From Candidatus Micrarchaeia archaeon (lineage in GTDB: Archaea; Micrarchaeota; Micrarchaeia; Norongarragalinales; Norongarragalinaceae), in NCBI GenBank assembly GCA_041648335.1, contig JBAZPG010000001.1:31880-95879 (forward strand): a stretch of DNA of 64,000 bases. The letters are read 5' to 3'. Within the stretch, counting starts at the first letter, position 1. Every line of letters begins with the position of its first letter. The notes beneath the pieces were generated by a model. It made no database searches and was not told the origin of the DNA. It was given only the letters and a program-made list of their open reading frames with translations. The position numbers and the translations under genes were made by a program. This document shows positions 1-10,000 of this stretch, piece by piece.

Positions 1-1
1 C

Positions 2-508
2 GTGTTCAACATGCGGGACGAGGCGAGCGGAACCGCATTCTCCATCGAACGCGAAGTCAACGGCATACTGATTACTTACCAGCCGAACCAGCCTTCGGGC
101 GCGAACAAGGTTTACGAGTTCCAGTTCGCTTGCAGCCGCGGGACGCGCGAGTACTATATTTACGGCAAGAGCGACTGGTTCACCCCAGAGAACTTCACGG
201 CGTACCTGACCGCGTTGACGCAGGCGTGCGTGGACTTCGAGGCAATCGAACCCGAACCGTCCGTAGAACCGACTGTCGAACCAACCGTACTACCCAGTCC
301 GTCCATCGAGCCGAGCGCGGAACCTACTGTCGAACCGTCAATTATCCCGTCGCCCACGCCAGTTGCCTCGGTTGCCGCGTCTCCTAAACCCTCGCTCAAG
401 GCTTCGCCCGCACCCGTGGAGGAAGATGATGCGGGCATCGTGCTTTGGGCGGGCTTAGTCATACTCGCGGGCGCGGCGGGCGTCATCTACTACTCCCGCA
501 AGGAATAA
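2..508 (+). CDS. C-terminal fragment (5' truncated by window) of a secreted/cell-surface protein: Pro/Glu/Thr-rich EPxVEPTV linker, C-terminal TM helix, basic tail SRKE
   Basis: ORF open to window start; repeated EPS/EPT linker; hydrophobic stretch GIVLWAGLVILAGAAGVIYY then RKE stop. Confidence 0.45.
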   Translation: MFNMRDEASGTAFSIEREVNGILITYQPNQPSGANKVYEFQFACSRGTREYYIYGKSDWFTPENFTAYLTALTQACVDFEAIEPEPSVEPTVEPTVLPSPSIEPSAEPTVEPSIIPSPTPVASVAASPKPSLKASPAPVEEDDAGIVLWAGLVILAGAAGVIYYSRKE

Positions 509-539
509 GCTTTAAAGAAACCGCTCCCGAAATTGGGTT

Positions 540-1685
540 ATGGGCTTCCTCGACTTCCTTCACAAAAGCAAGCCCAAGGCGCGCTTCAACGACTTACAAA
601 GCTTGGTGGCGCAGGCGCGCGAAAAGGAATTCGAGCGCGAGTTACCCTTCCTCAAGGCCAAGGCAGCCGAAGCGTTCGCCTCCCTCGAGGCGGTGCGCAC
701 CCGCGTGGAAGCAGTCGCTTCGAAACCAGGGGCAAGCGAAGCACGCGACGAGTGGACCCGGCGGATTACGGGTGCGGTGGCGTTGACGCGCGCGCCCGGG
801 GAATCGTTCGACGAAATAAACGCGTTCCATGCCTCGCTCGCAACAATCTCGAACTCGCTCGCAGGTTCGGGCGTGGAGGACGCTTCGGTAGTGAAAGATT
901 ACCCGGACGACTACGCTGCGGTTAGGCAGGCGGCGCGGAACGTTGCCGAAACCGAACGCGAGCTGCGGTTGCGCCTCGAACCCTTGAAGAAACGCGTGGA
1001 CGCACTGGCTGGTTTGTTGCAGGATTCCCGCGCGCTCTACGCCTCGATTGCAATGGCCCAGCGCGCCCACGACGAGGCGGACGCCAAAAAGGAGCGTGTC
1101 GAGCGTGCGGCGCGCGACGCGAGCGAACTCGCAGCACGCCTCGCTGCGAACGCGCCGTTGGCGCAAGCCGCGCGCGAAGGCGGGGAGTACGCCGCGCAGG
1201 CGGAAGCCGAACGCAGGCGACTCGCGGAGGCAATGCGTGGGCTCGTGCGCTCGTTCAGGAAAATGGAGTCGCTTGCCGCCGACCAGACGGTCCGACAACT
1301 CGCATCCAAATTCGCATTCGACCCGGCGGAAGCGTTCCTCGCGCAAGGCGGGGATGACGACTTGTTGAACCTGCTGAAAACACTGGCGACAATGCCGGGC
1401 GAGGAGGCGAACGCGCGCGCGGCAAGCCCGGCGCGCCTGCTCGAGTGCAGGACGCGCTGCCTTGGATTCGCCGCGAAAGCAAAGGAACGCGAACGCGCCA
1501 CCCTGCCCTTGAAGGCGCTTGAGAACGAACTCGAATCCGCAAGGAGGCGCGAGCTCGCGCTCGTGCGCGAGGCGAACGAGGCGCGCGAGCAAGCCGAGCG
1601 CTTCGAGAAAGAGGCAGCCGAGAGGCGCTTCGAGTTGAACGGCAAGGCGCACTCGCTTTTGGGCGTTGATTTGGCGGATGCTTGA
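540..1685 (+). CDS. hypothetical Ala/Glu/Arg-rich coiled-coil protein
   Basis: 381-aa ORF with ATG; heptad-like A/E/R-rich composition; 3' end overlaps next ORF (operon-like). Confidence 0.4.
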   Translation: MGFLDFLHKSKPKARFNDLQSLVAQAREKEFERELPFLKAKAAEAFASLEAVRTRVEAVASKPGASEARDEWTRRITGAVALTRAPGESFDEINAFHASLATISNSLAGSGVEDASVVKDYPDDYAAVRQAARNVAETERELRLRLEPLKKRVDALAGLLQDSRALYASIAMAQRAHDEADAKKERVERAARDASELAARLAANAPLAQAAREGGEYAAQAEAERRRLAEAMRGLVRSFRKMESLAADQTVRQLASKFAFDPAEAFLAQGGDDDLLNLLKTLATMPGEEANARAASPARLLECRTRCLGFAAKAKERERATLPLKALENELESARRRELALVREANEAREQAERFEKEAAERRFELNGKAHSLLGVDLADA

Positions 1686-1923
1686 CTTCCTGCGCGCGCT
1701 GTTCGGTTCGGACGCGGAAGGCGCGGCGAGGCGCGCCGCGCTTTTCGGGGGAACGCTGGATTTCACTTATTACTCCCCGAACAACCGCGAGGTCACCGAA
1801 CGCGGCGTGCGCGTGGCGCGCGTCTGGCGCGAGAACGGGCGCACCTACTTCGAGGGCTACTGCGGGTTGCGCAGGGGTAAGCGCTGCTTCCGCCTAGACC
1901 GAGTCGTAAACATACAATATTAA
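1666..1923 (+). CDS. small WYL-like domain protein (FRLDRV motif)
   Basis: 85 aa; ...GKRCFRLDRVVN resembles the WYL-domain signature; 20-nt overlap with upstream ORF. Confidence 0.35.
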   Translation: MIWRMLDFLRALFGSDAEGAARRAALFGGTLDFTYYSPNNREVTERGVRVARVWRENGRTYFEGYCGLRRGKRCFRLDRVVNIQY

Positions 1924-1954
1924 GAAAAGCAACCAAAAATAAAACGGGGTTAAA

Positions 1955-3388
1955 TTGAAAGAAACCAAAAAGACTGGAAAATTAGCCATATGCCCAAAAG
2001 TAAAGAAGTTTCTCGTTATTGTAATGCTAATGGCTTGTATTTCCAGCGCAGATTCGTATGAGATGAAGGGCGACTGGGAAAAGTTTCACAATCACTTAAA
2101 TAACGACGGATTCAACGCTGGAGTTGCGATAATGAGTCCGATAACGACGAAATGGACGTATCTAGCTGGAGAATACATAACCTCCTCCCCTGCGGTAGTT
2201 AACGGCATTGTATACTTTGGGAGCGGGGATGGAAATGTTTACGCGTTAAAAGCAAGAACTGGAAAAAAGATTTGGAGCTATTTAACGGGTAACCAGATAA
2301 GCTTTTCTTCGCCGGCTGTAAAAAATGGAATCGTCTACATTGGAAGCGTGGATGGAAATGTTTACGCGTTGAACGCGAACAATGGCAGAAAAATATGGAG
2401 TTACTATACTGCCGCAATGGTATTATCTTCACCTGCAGTAAGTGAAGGAATCATCTACTCTGCAAGTGCCGCGAACGATAGCGAACATTACAGTTATGTT
2501 TACGCGTTGAACGCATCAACCGGGAACTTAGTTTGGAAATACGCGACCAATGGCCCAATTCAAACATCCAGCCCAGCGGTAGCCGAAGGAACGGTATACA
2601 TTGGAAGCCAAGATAGTAATGGAACTGGCGGCGATAAATTTTACGCACTCAACGCATACACCGGGAAACGTGTTTGGAGCTGCGACATCGGGGCAGTAGA
2701 CTCTTCTCCCGCAGTAGCTAACGGAATGGTTTACGTTGCGAGTCACGACTGGAACGTTTACGCGCTGAACTCTTCCACGGGAGAAAAAATATGGAGGTTC
2801 AACACTTATAGCGGGGGTATGGGATATGGGGGAATATCGTCGCCCGCGATAGCCGATGGGAAAGTATACATCGGAGAGTGGGGAGGAAACTTTTACGCTT
2901 TGAACGCCAGCAATGGAGAACTCATTTGGAATTACTCTACCAGCGAATCAATAATATCGTCTCCTGCTGTTGTCGGAGGAGTAGTTTACTTTGGCACCCA
3001 GACAACCATCACAAATCCTGTTAGCAGAAACATTTACGCTCTCGACGCGGAAAACGGGCAAAAAATATGGAATTACACCACGGAAGAAGCAATCTTGAGT
3101 TCGCCTGCAATAGTGGAGGGCGTTCTCTATGTAGGAAGCTCTAGCGGCAAAGTATACGCGATTACTCAAGAACCAAATCCCGAACAAAACCCAATTACCA
3201 CGCAAGCTTCAGACTCAAACAACAGCTTTGAAAAAGAAGAATATAATAGCGGACAATCAATAGAAAACCAATATCTCGTAAAATCGGAAAACGCAGGAGA
3301 CCGCGGCGACATGCCAATCATCGCAGTGGCTGCAACGGCTGCATTAATAATACTGGGAGTGTACCTGGCGGCATCAAAAAAATGCTAG
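1955..3388 (+). CDS. PQQ-repeat (BamB-like) beta-propeller protein, probable lipoprotein/secreted, C-terminal TM anchor
   Basis: 8 repeats of the ..G.VY(A/F)G..DGNVYALNA.TG..W.. motif; N-terminal K-rich then hydrophobic LVIVMLMAC signal; C-terminal IIAVAATAALIILGVYLAASKKC; gene markedly AT-richer than surroundings. Confidence 0.75.
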   Translation: MKETKKTGKLAICPKVKKFLVIVMLMACISSADSYEMKGDWEKFHNHLNNDGFNAGVAIMSPITTKWTYLAGEYITSSPAVVNGIVYFGSGDGNVYALKARTGKKIWSYLTGNQISFSSPAVKNGIVYIGSVDGNVYALNANNGRKIWSYYTAAMVLSSPAVSEGIIYSASAANDSEHYSYVYALNASTGNLVWKYATNGPIQTSSPAVAEGTVYIGSQDSNGTGGDKFYALNAYTGKRVWSCDIGAVDSSPAVANGMVYVASHDWNVYALNSSTGEKIWRFNTYSGGMGYGGISSPAIADGKVYIGEWGGNFYALNASNGELIWNYSTSESIISSPAVVGGVVYFGTQTTITNPVSRNIYALDAENGQKIWNYTTEEAILSSPAIVEGVLYVGSSSGKVYAITQEPNPEQNPITTQASDSNNSFEKEEYNSGQSIENQYLVKSENAGDRGDMPIIAVAATAALIILGVYLAASKKC

Positions 3389-3577
3389 TCAGCGCTTCGA
3401 AAGCGCGAAAGAGTAAGCCGCGCTGAACGCAACGGAAGCGAGCAAGCCGCCTAGGAACACCGTGAACGCGAGGTTCCTGTCGAACAACGCGGTGCGGCGA
3501 AAATCACTGCCAAGAGCATGAATAGTTTTCCGGTTGCGTCGTTCGTTTTCCGCCACACGAAGTCGTCGAGTGAACGC

Positions 3578-4276
3578 TCACTTGATGGACTCCCAGAGGA
3601 TTTCCTCCTCGGGCTTTATGGAGAGCCCCCGTTCGTTTATCTCGAGGGGGTGCACGCGCTTGTCGTGGTTCGTGCCCCGCATCTTGCGCACGAAGAGCGA
3701 GCGGTAAGGCGGGTTGAAGAACAGTTGGACTACGCCGTCGCTCAAGAACTCCTCGACCCCGAAGCGGCTCACATCGTACTTCCCGCCCGGCGTCTCGCAC
3801 GTCAGGATGGTGGTGCACTTCAGCTTGCGTAATTCCTCGAGTAAGTTGTATATCGCGTAACGGATTTTCGAGTTCTCGTCCATCCAGAACGAGAACGCGG
3901 TTATAGAATCTATCACGAGGCGCTTCGCGTTCAACGACTTCGCCTTCTCGATGATGCGTTGGGTCTGTTCGTCCAGGTTCTCGCGCATGTCCGCGGTGGG
4001 CTCGAACTTGTATATCCGCAAGAGGTTCTGTTGCTCGAGCGAGAGCAGATCCCATTTGAAGCGCTGGGTGTTCCACCACAGGTTGTGGGGTCCCTCCTCG
4101 AGGGTGATGTACACGCCGGGCTCGTGGAGCTCCTTGGCGCCGTAATACAGGTACTGCATGCAGAAGATGCTCTTGCCGGAACCCGCGCCCCCGCTCAACA
4201 GCACGCTGGATGCCTCGGGAAACCCGCCTTCGGTTAACTCATCCAATCCGGGAATGCCCGTTGGGACGCGGTTCAT
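3578..4276 (-). CDS. KaiC/RadA(Rad55)-like RecA-superfamily ATPase
   Basis: GIPGLDELTEGGFP...LLSGGAGSGKS Walker A; KaiC-type domain architecture. Confidence 0.75.
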   Translation of the reverse strand: MNRVPTGIPGLDELTEGGFPEASSVLLSGGAGSGKSIFCMQYLYYGAKELHEPGVYITLEEGPHNLWWNTQRFKWDLLSLEQQNLLRIYKFEPTADMRENLDEQTQRIIEKAKSLNAKRLVIDSITAFSFWMDENSKIRYAIYNLLEELRKLKCTTILTCETPGGKYDVSRFGVEEFLSDGVVQLFFNPPYRSLFVRKMRGTNHDKRVHPLEINERGLSIKPEEEILWESIK

Positions 4277-4313
4277 ACGCTAGGCGTTACCGCACGGGAA
4301 TTAAAAAAGGCGC

Positions 4314-7004
4314 TCAACGCTTGCGCTTTACGCGGCGGCGCGGCTTGCGCGGCGCAGTGGACGGCTTCCGCAAAACGAAATAGTAGAGTGCAAAGCCCAC
4401 GACTACCGCAAAGGCGAGCGCAACCCACGAGAGCGCGCCGGCGAACAAGCCCGTGTAACCCGCGGGAGCGGGTGCGAGCACGAACGAGTCCAGGTAAGCG
4501 TATTCGCCCGCGTTGATGCGCGTCCACACCGTGGAGTTAGCCTCGGAGGGAGAGGACAGGCGCAACGCGATCTCGCGGCGTTCGCCGGGCGCAAGCTCGA
4601 ACGACTCGACGTCGAATGCGCCGGCCTGCGCGCTCGGGCTGAGCGTCACGGGTGCAGTGCCGTTGTTGGTCAAGAGCAGGCGCACCGCGGTCATCGTAAC
4701 GTTTCCGTCAAGATAGTAGTCCTGGCGTTCGAACTCCACGAGCACGCTGCGGCCCGACACGGAAATGGTTTCCGCGCGTTCCACGAACTTCTCGCGGGCT
4801 ACCGCGCGGAACATGGTGGCGTACGAGCCTGCGGGGCGCACGGGTTCGACTTCGAGCGAAACCACGCGCGATTCCCCGGGTATGAGCGATATCGGGGCGA
4901 CGGACGCGTTGAGTATGCGTAAGTCGTCGTTCTCCACGAAAATAACTATGTTGTTCAAGGGCGCGATGCCGTTGTTCATGAGGGTGAACGAGAGGGTGCG
5001 CGAGGCGCCTTCCTCGAACTCGGCGTTCACCGGTACGGCGAACTCGAGCAGGTAATCCTGCGTGGTGTAGTTCGGGGTCTGGTGGCCGAGGCCGCCCACC
5101 GCGTAAACCTTCGCTTGGAGCGACGCCGAACCGGAGACGCGCTCGTTTCCGGCGTGGAAAGTCAAGTCATAGGTTCCGGGTGCGGTGCTGAAGGGCGGCG
5201 AGAAGAACACGTAAGCGTGCTGGCTTTCGCCGGGCGCGAGGGTGAGCGTGGCAGGCGTTACAAACGCCCAGTTCGGTCCTTCCACGGACAAGTCCAGCGT
5301 TTCAGAGAAGCGCCCGCGGTTCGTGACGAGCAAGTCGAACGTGTTGCCCTGGCAGACCTCGACTTCCTTGAGGGAGTCCGGGGTGACCAGGATGTTGTGG
5401 CACACGCCGTGCTCGAGCACTTCGATGCCGAGCGCGGCCGAGGCAGTGGAACCGTCGCGTGCGAGCACGGTAACCGACTCTTGAGTGCCGTAATCGGCGT
5501 TCCACAGCGCGGCTACGCTCAACGTGAAGCCGGCACTCGAGAGCGCGGGAATCGAGAGCGAGTTCGGCGAAGCGGTGATTTGGAAGTTGGAGGGAACGCC
5601 CTGCAATTCAACAGTATAGTCGTCCGCCTTGGTGCCCTTGTTCTGCAACGTCGCCGCGACGGGGAGCGTTTCGCCCGGACAGATTTCCAGCGAGCCCGAG
5701 GCGAGCGAGAGTCCGGCATCGTAGCACTTCTCCACGGTGAGGCTCACGGTCTCGGATTCGGTTTCGAATTCGTTCGACGCCGTAACGCGCACGTCGTAGT
5801 CGCCTACCGCCAGCGTGCCGGGCACGCTCACCGAGAAGGATTCCTGTTCGTTGACTGCGAGGTTCACGCTCGAAGTGGAGAGCGAACCCACGGTGGTTGA
5901 AAGCGCGTAAGACGCGGCCTTGCCCTTGTTTTGGATTGTGAACGGAAGCGTGGCGGAATCGCCCTCACAGATGGAGAGCGCGTTACCCGCGATTTGCGAG
6001 TCGACTTCAACGTCGTAGAGCTTGGAAACGCAGATGCTCGTCGAGTTCGTGAACACCTTGCCGTAGCGCTGGGAAACCGCGCGCACCGCGCACGAGAACT
6101 GTTGGTTCAAGTGCGCCTGTTCGGGTTGGATGCGAAGCGGGAGCGTTATGTCCGCGCCCGAAGCGAGCGTGACTTCGTCCTGCGTGGTGGTAACGAACGA
6201 GGGGCAGGCGAGCTGGACATCGAACGAGTCCGAAATGCCCAAGTTAGTCAACGTAAAGTATTCGGTGATGTCTTCGCCCGGGTTGACTTCGATGCACGGT
6301 TCGGGCATCGCGACATTGAGGTGCGAGCAGTCGAGCACGTTCAAAACTGCGACTGACTCGCGGTAAGTGTAAAACGAGGACGCATTCAGCTTGAACGGCA
6401 ACGCTTGCGGGGGCATGTTGTTCGGCGTGTCAACGTAGAGTTGGAACTGCCTGGATTCTCCCGCACCGAGATCGAAACCAGAGTTCGCGAGCGAGTAAAG
6501 CGACGGGTCCAAGTCCGTGAACAAACTGCCTGCTTCCGGGAAAAATCCGGCGTTCTCGAGGGTGACGTCGAAGCGCGCCTCTTCACCCGAGCAAACCGAT
6601 TGTTCGGGGGTAAAGTGAAGGAGCAGATAGTGGCACTCTTGGATTGTCGAGGAGCCGCTCGCAACGAGCACGGTTCCCCTCGAACCCACGGCGCGCACGG
6701 TGAACGCATAGGTGCCCGGTACTGCGTCGCAGTGCGGGGTCATGAATGCGATTACCGCGTTCGCGGAGTGCGGCTGGGCGTCTATGGTGGGCGTCACGAA
6801 CGTGGTGAACGTGAGGTAATTCGCCTCGATAGTGAGCGTGAATACCTCGCCGTGAGCCGCGTCGTTCTGCAGGTTCAAGGTGAACTCCTGTGGGTCGCAC
6901 TGGCAACCCGAACGCGTCGAGGGTCCCGCGAAGCCCAGGCTGGACGCTGAAGCCGAGAAGGCAAAGAGCGCGAGGAGCGCGAACACGAACGCATTGTTTT
7001 TCAT
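4314..7004 (-). CDS. large secreted cell-surface protein (896 aa) with signal peptide and C-terminal TM + polybasic tail
   Basis: N-term MKNNAFVFALLALFAFSASASS; S/T/V-rich Ig-like repeats; C-term WVALAFAVVVGFALYYFVL then RKPSTAPRKPRRRVKRKR. Confidence 0.7.
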   Translation of the reverse strand: MKNNAFVFALLALFAFSASASSLGFAGPSTRSGCQCDPQEFTLNLQNDAAHGEVFTLTIEANYLTFTTFVTPTIDAQPHSANAVIAFMTPHCDAVPGTYAFTVRAVGSRGTVLVASGSSTIQECHYLLLHFTPEQSVCSGEEARFDVTLENAGFFPEAGSLFTDLDPSLYSLANSGFDLGAGESRQFQLYVDTPNNMPPQALPFKLNASSFYTYRESVAVLNVLDCSHLNVAMPEPCIEVNPGEDITEYFTLTNLGISDSFDVQLACPSFVTTTQDEVTLASGADITLPLRIQPEQAHLNQQFSCAVRAVSQRYGKVFTNSTSICVSKLYDVEVDSQIAGNALSICEGDSATLPFTIQNKGKAASYALSTTVGSLSTSSVNLAVNEQESFSVSVPGTLAVGDYDVRVTASNEFETESETVSLTVEKCYDAGLSLASGSLEICPGETLPVAATLQNKGTKADDYTVELQGVPSNFQITASPNSLSIPALSSAGFTLSVAALWNADYGTQESVTVLARDGSTASAALGIEVLEHGVCHNILVTPDSLKEVEVCQGNTFDLLVTNRGRFSETLDLSVEGPNWAFVTPATLTLAPGESQHAYVFFSPPFSTAPGTYDLTFHAGNERVSGSASLQAKVYAVGGLGHQTPNYTTQDYLLEFAVPVNAEFEEGASRTLSFTLMNNGIAPLNNIVIFVENDDLRILNASVAPISLIPGESRVVSLEVEPVRPAGSYATMFRAVAREKFVERAETISVSGRSVLVEFERQDYYLDGNVTMTAVRLLLTNNGTAPVTLSPSAQAGAFDVESFELAPGERREIALRLSSPSEANSTVWTRINAGEYAYLDSFVLAPAPAGYTGLFAGALSWVALAFAVVVGFALYYFVLRKPSTAPRKPRRRVKRKR

Positions 7005-7034
7005 TTTTAGGAATTCACCTTTTGTAACAAAAAC

Positions 7035-10000
7035 CTATTTTCCGCTTTCCTCGTTTTCCGCGAGCTTCTTGCGCGCCGAGTAAAGCAAGTATGCGCCGCC
7101 GATTGCGAGCGCTGCTATTGCCGCGAACGCGAGCTCATTCGAGAGCGAGAGCGTGAAGAAGCCGAGCCCGAGCAGGCCCGCTTCGGGCTTCAACTGAACG
7201 GGCACCGTCTTCTGGCGGCCGTCGTTCGAGCGGAGCACGAACGAGGCGGAGTAATCCGCCGCGGGGTCGAAGTCAGGACCCGTGAGGATCGTCACCTTGA
7301 TTTCCGCATTTTCTCCGGGAGCCAACGCGAGGCTCTGCGGTTCCAGCGCATAGTTCCACCCGTCGTGGAGCGCTTCAATGGAGGCGAGCGCGCCCGTGAG
7401 CGCGGCTTCGTTGCTCGAAACCATGAACGAGAACTGGAGGGCGGGGACGCCTTCGAAAGTCGTGGACACGACGGGCGACTGTTGGACCGCGAAGTTCAAC
7501 CCGTCAGCGGACGGGCTCTTCACTATGAAGTCAACCGCCTTGGTGGGCGAAACCATGCTCGGCGAGTCCGCGCGCAGCGAGAGCTGGTAAGTGCCGGGCA
7601 CGGCTGCGTTGCTCTGGATGTAGAGCTGGAGGGTGCGCTCTTGGTTCGGGGCGAGCGAGAACGCCTCGATTGGCGTGATGAACACGCCCGAAGGCAAACC
7701 CGCGATGCTAACCACTACCGAGGAGAGCGAGTAATAATTGTTGTTCTTGACCACGAAGGGCACCGCGACCGTGCCGGTTACGGGCGCCTCGATGGGCGAT
7801 TGGATGATTATCTGGAGGGCGCTCGAAACTGGCGCCTCGTACGACTGGCTGCCGCCGGTGGAGACCACGTTGATGAGCAGGTTGTTCGAGTCGAGCATGT
7901 TGCCCGAGCCGCCCGAGTAGTAGCCGCTCGAAGGCAGGTCGTAATAGGCAATGCTGAAAGTGATCGAGTCGCCTTCGAGCACGGTGTTCGGCGCCGTGGC
8001 GAGGGCGCACCCGCGTTCGGAGTCGTCCCAGGCAACCACGCGCGCACTGGTGCACGCCACGTTGTCGCCGTCGTCGTCTTCGAGTGAGGCGCCCACAGTG
8101 TAGTCGCCTTCGTCATCGTAATCGCAGGTTGCGGTGCACGAGGAGTCCTGCCCGCTTCCGGTGCAGTCCTCGGAGTCGCCGTTCCCGCAGTTTATCTCAA
8201 CATCGGGCGAGGTTATGCCGTTGCCGTAATAGCGCACGCGTACGCTTGAGGAGTCGCCGGATTCGAGGTTGTTGTCGATTACTTCGACTACGCACGAGTC
8301 CTCGCTCCAGTCGTCGCGAACCTGCACGCGGGAAGCCCACGAGTCGCACGAGTAACCCGCGATGGACGCGGTGGGCTCGTAGTAGCCCGCGTCGTCGTAT
8401 TCGCAAGTAACCGTGCAGTAGCCGTCGCTGCCGTAACAAGTACGCTCGAGTTCCTCGCCGTTGTCGCAGTCGAACTCAACATCGCGCGTGTATGAAGAAG
8501 AACCGCCGCTCGAGTGCGTGCCGTGCGCCCAGACCGCGATGGTCACGGGGTAGGCTCCGTTCTGCATGGTGTAGCCGGGTGCGGCGTGTATCTCAACGCT
8601 CGCCTCTTCACCGGATTCGAGCGCGAGCGTGGACGGACTAATGGTAATCGATTGGAAGGGCGTGGAACCCGAGACGCCCACGTCGAACGTTCCGGACAAG
8701 CGTCCGATGTTCTTGACCGTGAGGAACGAGGACGCGCCGTTCCCGCGCGTAACCGTGATGGACACGGGCGAGAGTTGGGAGTACACGAGGTACTCGCCGT
8801 CCACGCGGAAGCATAGGTCGCGTTGGTAGGCGACGGTGCCGTCCGACGCGAGTAGCTCGAAGTCAACGTGGTAGTCGCCCGCCTCGAGGTTGAACGCGTT
8901 CAAGCGGAACCAGATGGTGCGCGCCTCGCCTTCCTCGAAGTTGTAGAGGTTCTCCTGGGTGGAGAGCGAGAGGTCGTTGTCGCCTATGTGCGTGCGGTAG
9001 TCGCCCGAGAGCGCGTTGTTGTTGATTGTAAGGGACTCGAGTGCAACGCTGCTCGAGGAGTCCACAGTGTTGCAGCCGCTCCAGTCGGTTTCCCAATCAC
9101 CCGTCGAGGGCACGCTGAGCGAGACCGTGGTGGAGGCATCGTTGATGGGACTGTCCGCAGTCAACAGGAACGAGTACGAACCGGCTGAGGGCGCTTCTAC
9201 GCAGAACTCGAGGTCGCGTATTTCCTGGGGAGTAATCACGAAGTCCGGCAGGGAGAACGAGTAATCCAAGTCGCCCGAGAACGAAGAGGGCGAGGCGGAC
9301 ATTACAACGGACGCCTTGGCGAGCCCGCGGTTGCGCACGAGGAGCGCATAACACGTTTCCTGTCCGGGGTAGGCGTTCTTCGCTGACTCGAGGGCTTCGA
9401 TTTCCAAGCCGCCACTCTGGCAGGCGGGAAGCTGGACGTTCGCCGTGCACTCCGAGTTCCCGTTCGACAACGAGACGATTACGAAGTTGCCTCCCGCGAA
9501 ATCAGGTTCGATGTAAGAATAAAGATTCACGATGGTGGACGCGCCGCCCGCCAGGTAAACCGTCGCGGGTCCCTGGAGGTTGTCGCTCGAGTAAGTGAGA
9601 TAGATGGTTTGCGCCTCGTCCAGGTTGCTCGTGATTTCGAGCTGGTAGGGCTGCGGCGAAGTGGAGTACGGGCAAGTCGGGGACTTTATTACCTCGACAG
9701 TGAAATCGCATTCCGACGGATTCAGGCACACCGGGACCGTGGTGGTTTCTCCGGCGTTCACAAAAGCGGATACTTGCTCGGGCGCGTAACCCTCGTCCGA
9801 AACATCGAGCGTGTAGCTCGCGGGAGCGAGGTTGCCTATGGTGGCTTGCCCGTAAGCGTTCGTGTAGTAAACCGGGGGCTCGAGGGGAGCCCAGGGTGCG
9901 GTAGTGTACGCGTTGATGCGGGCACCCTGCAACGCATTGCCGGAATCGCAGTCGGTCACGCTCGCGATTATCGTGCCGTCGCCCTCCAAGGGCGCGACTA

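Noticed and set aside
642-1766. Long antisense ORFs throughout the GC-rich regions (e.g. 642-1766-, 5082-5900+, 7365-8087+, 9609-10424+, 21116-21916+, 21959-22882+, 23069-23638+, 47890-49137+, 50178-50855-, 53252-53827-, 54403-55035-, 58174-59058+)
   Set aside because: They lie opposite well-supported genes with clear family motifs, have Arg/Ala/Gly-rich low-complexity translations typical of spurious ORFs in GC-rich DNA, and lack motif support.
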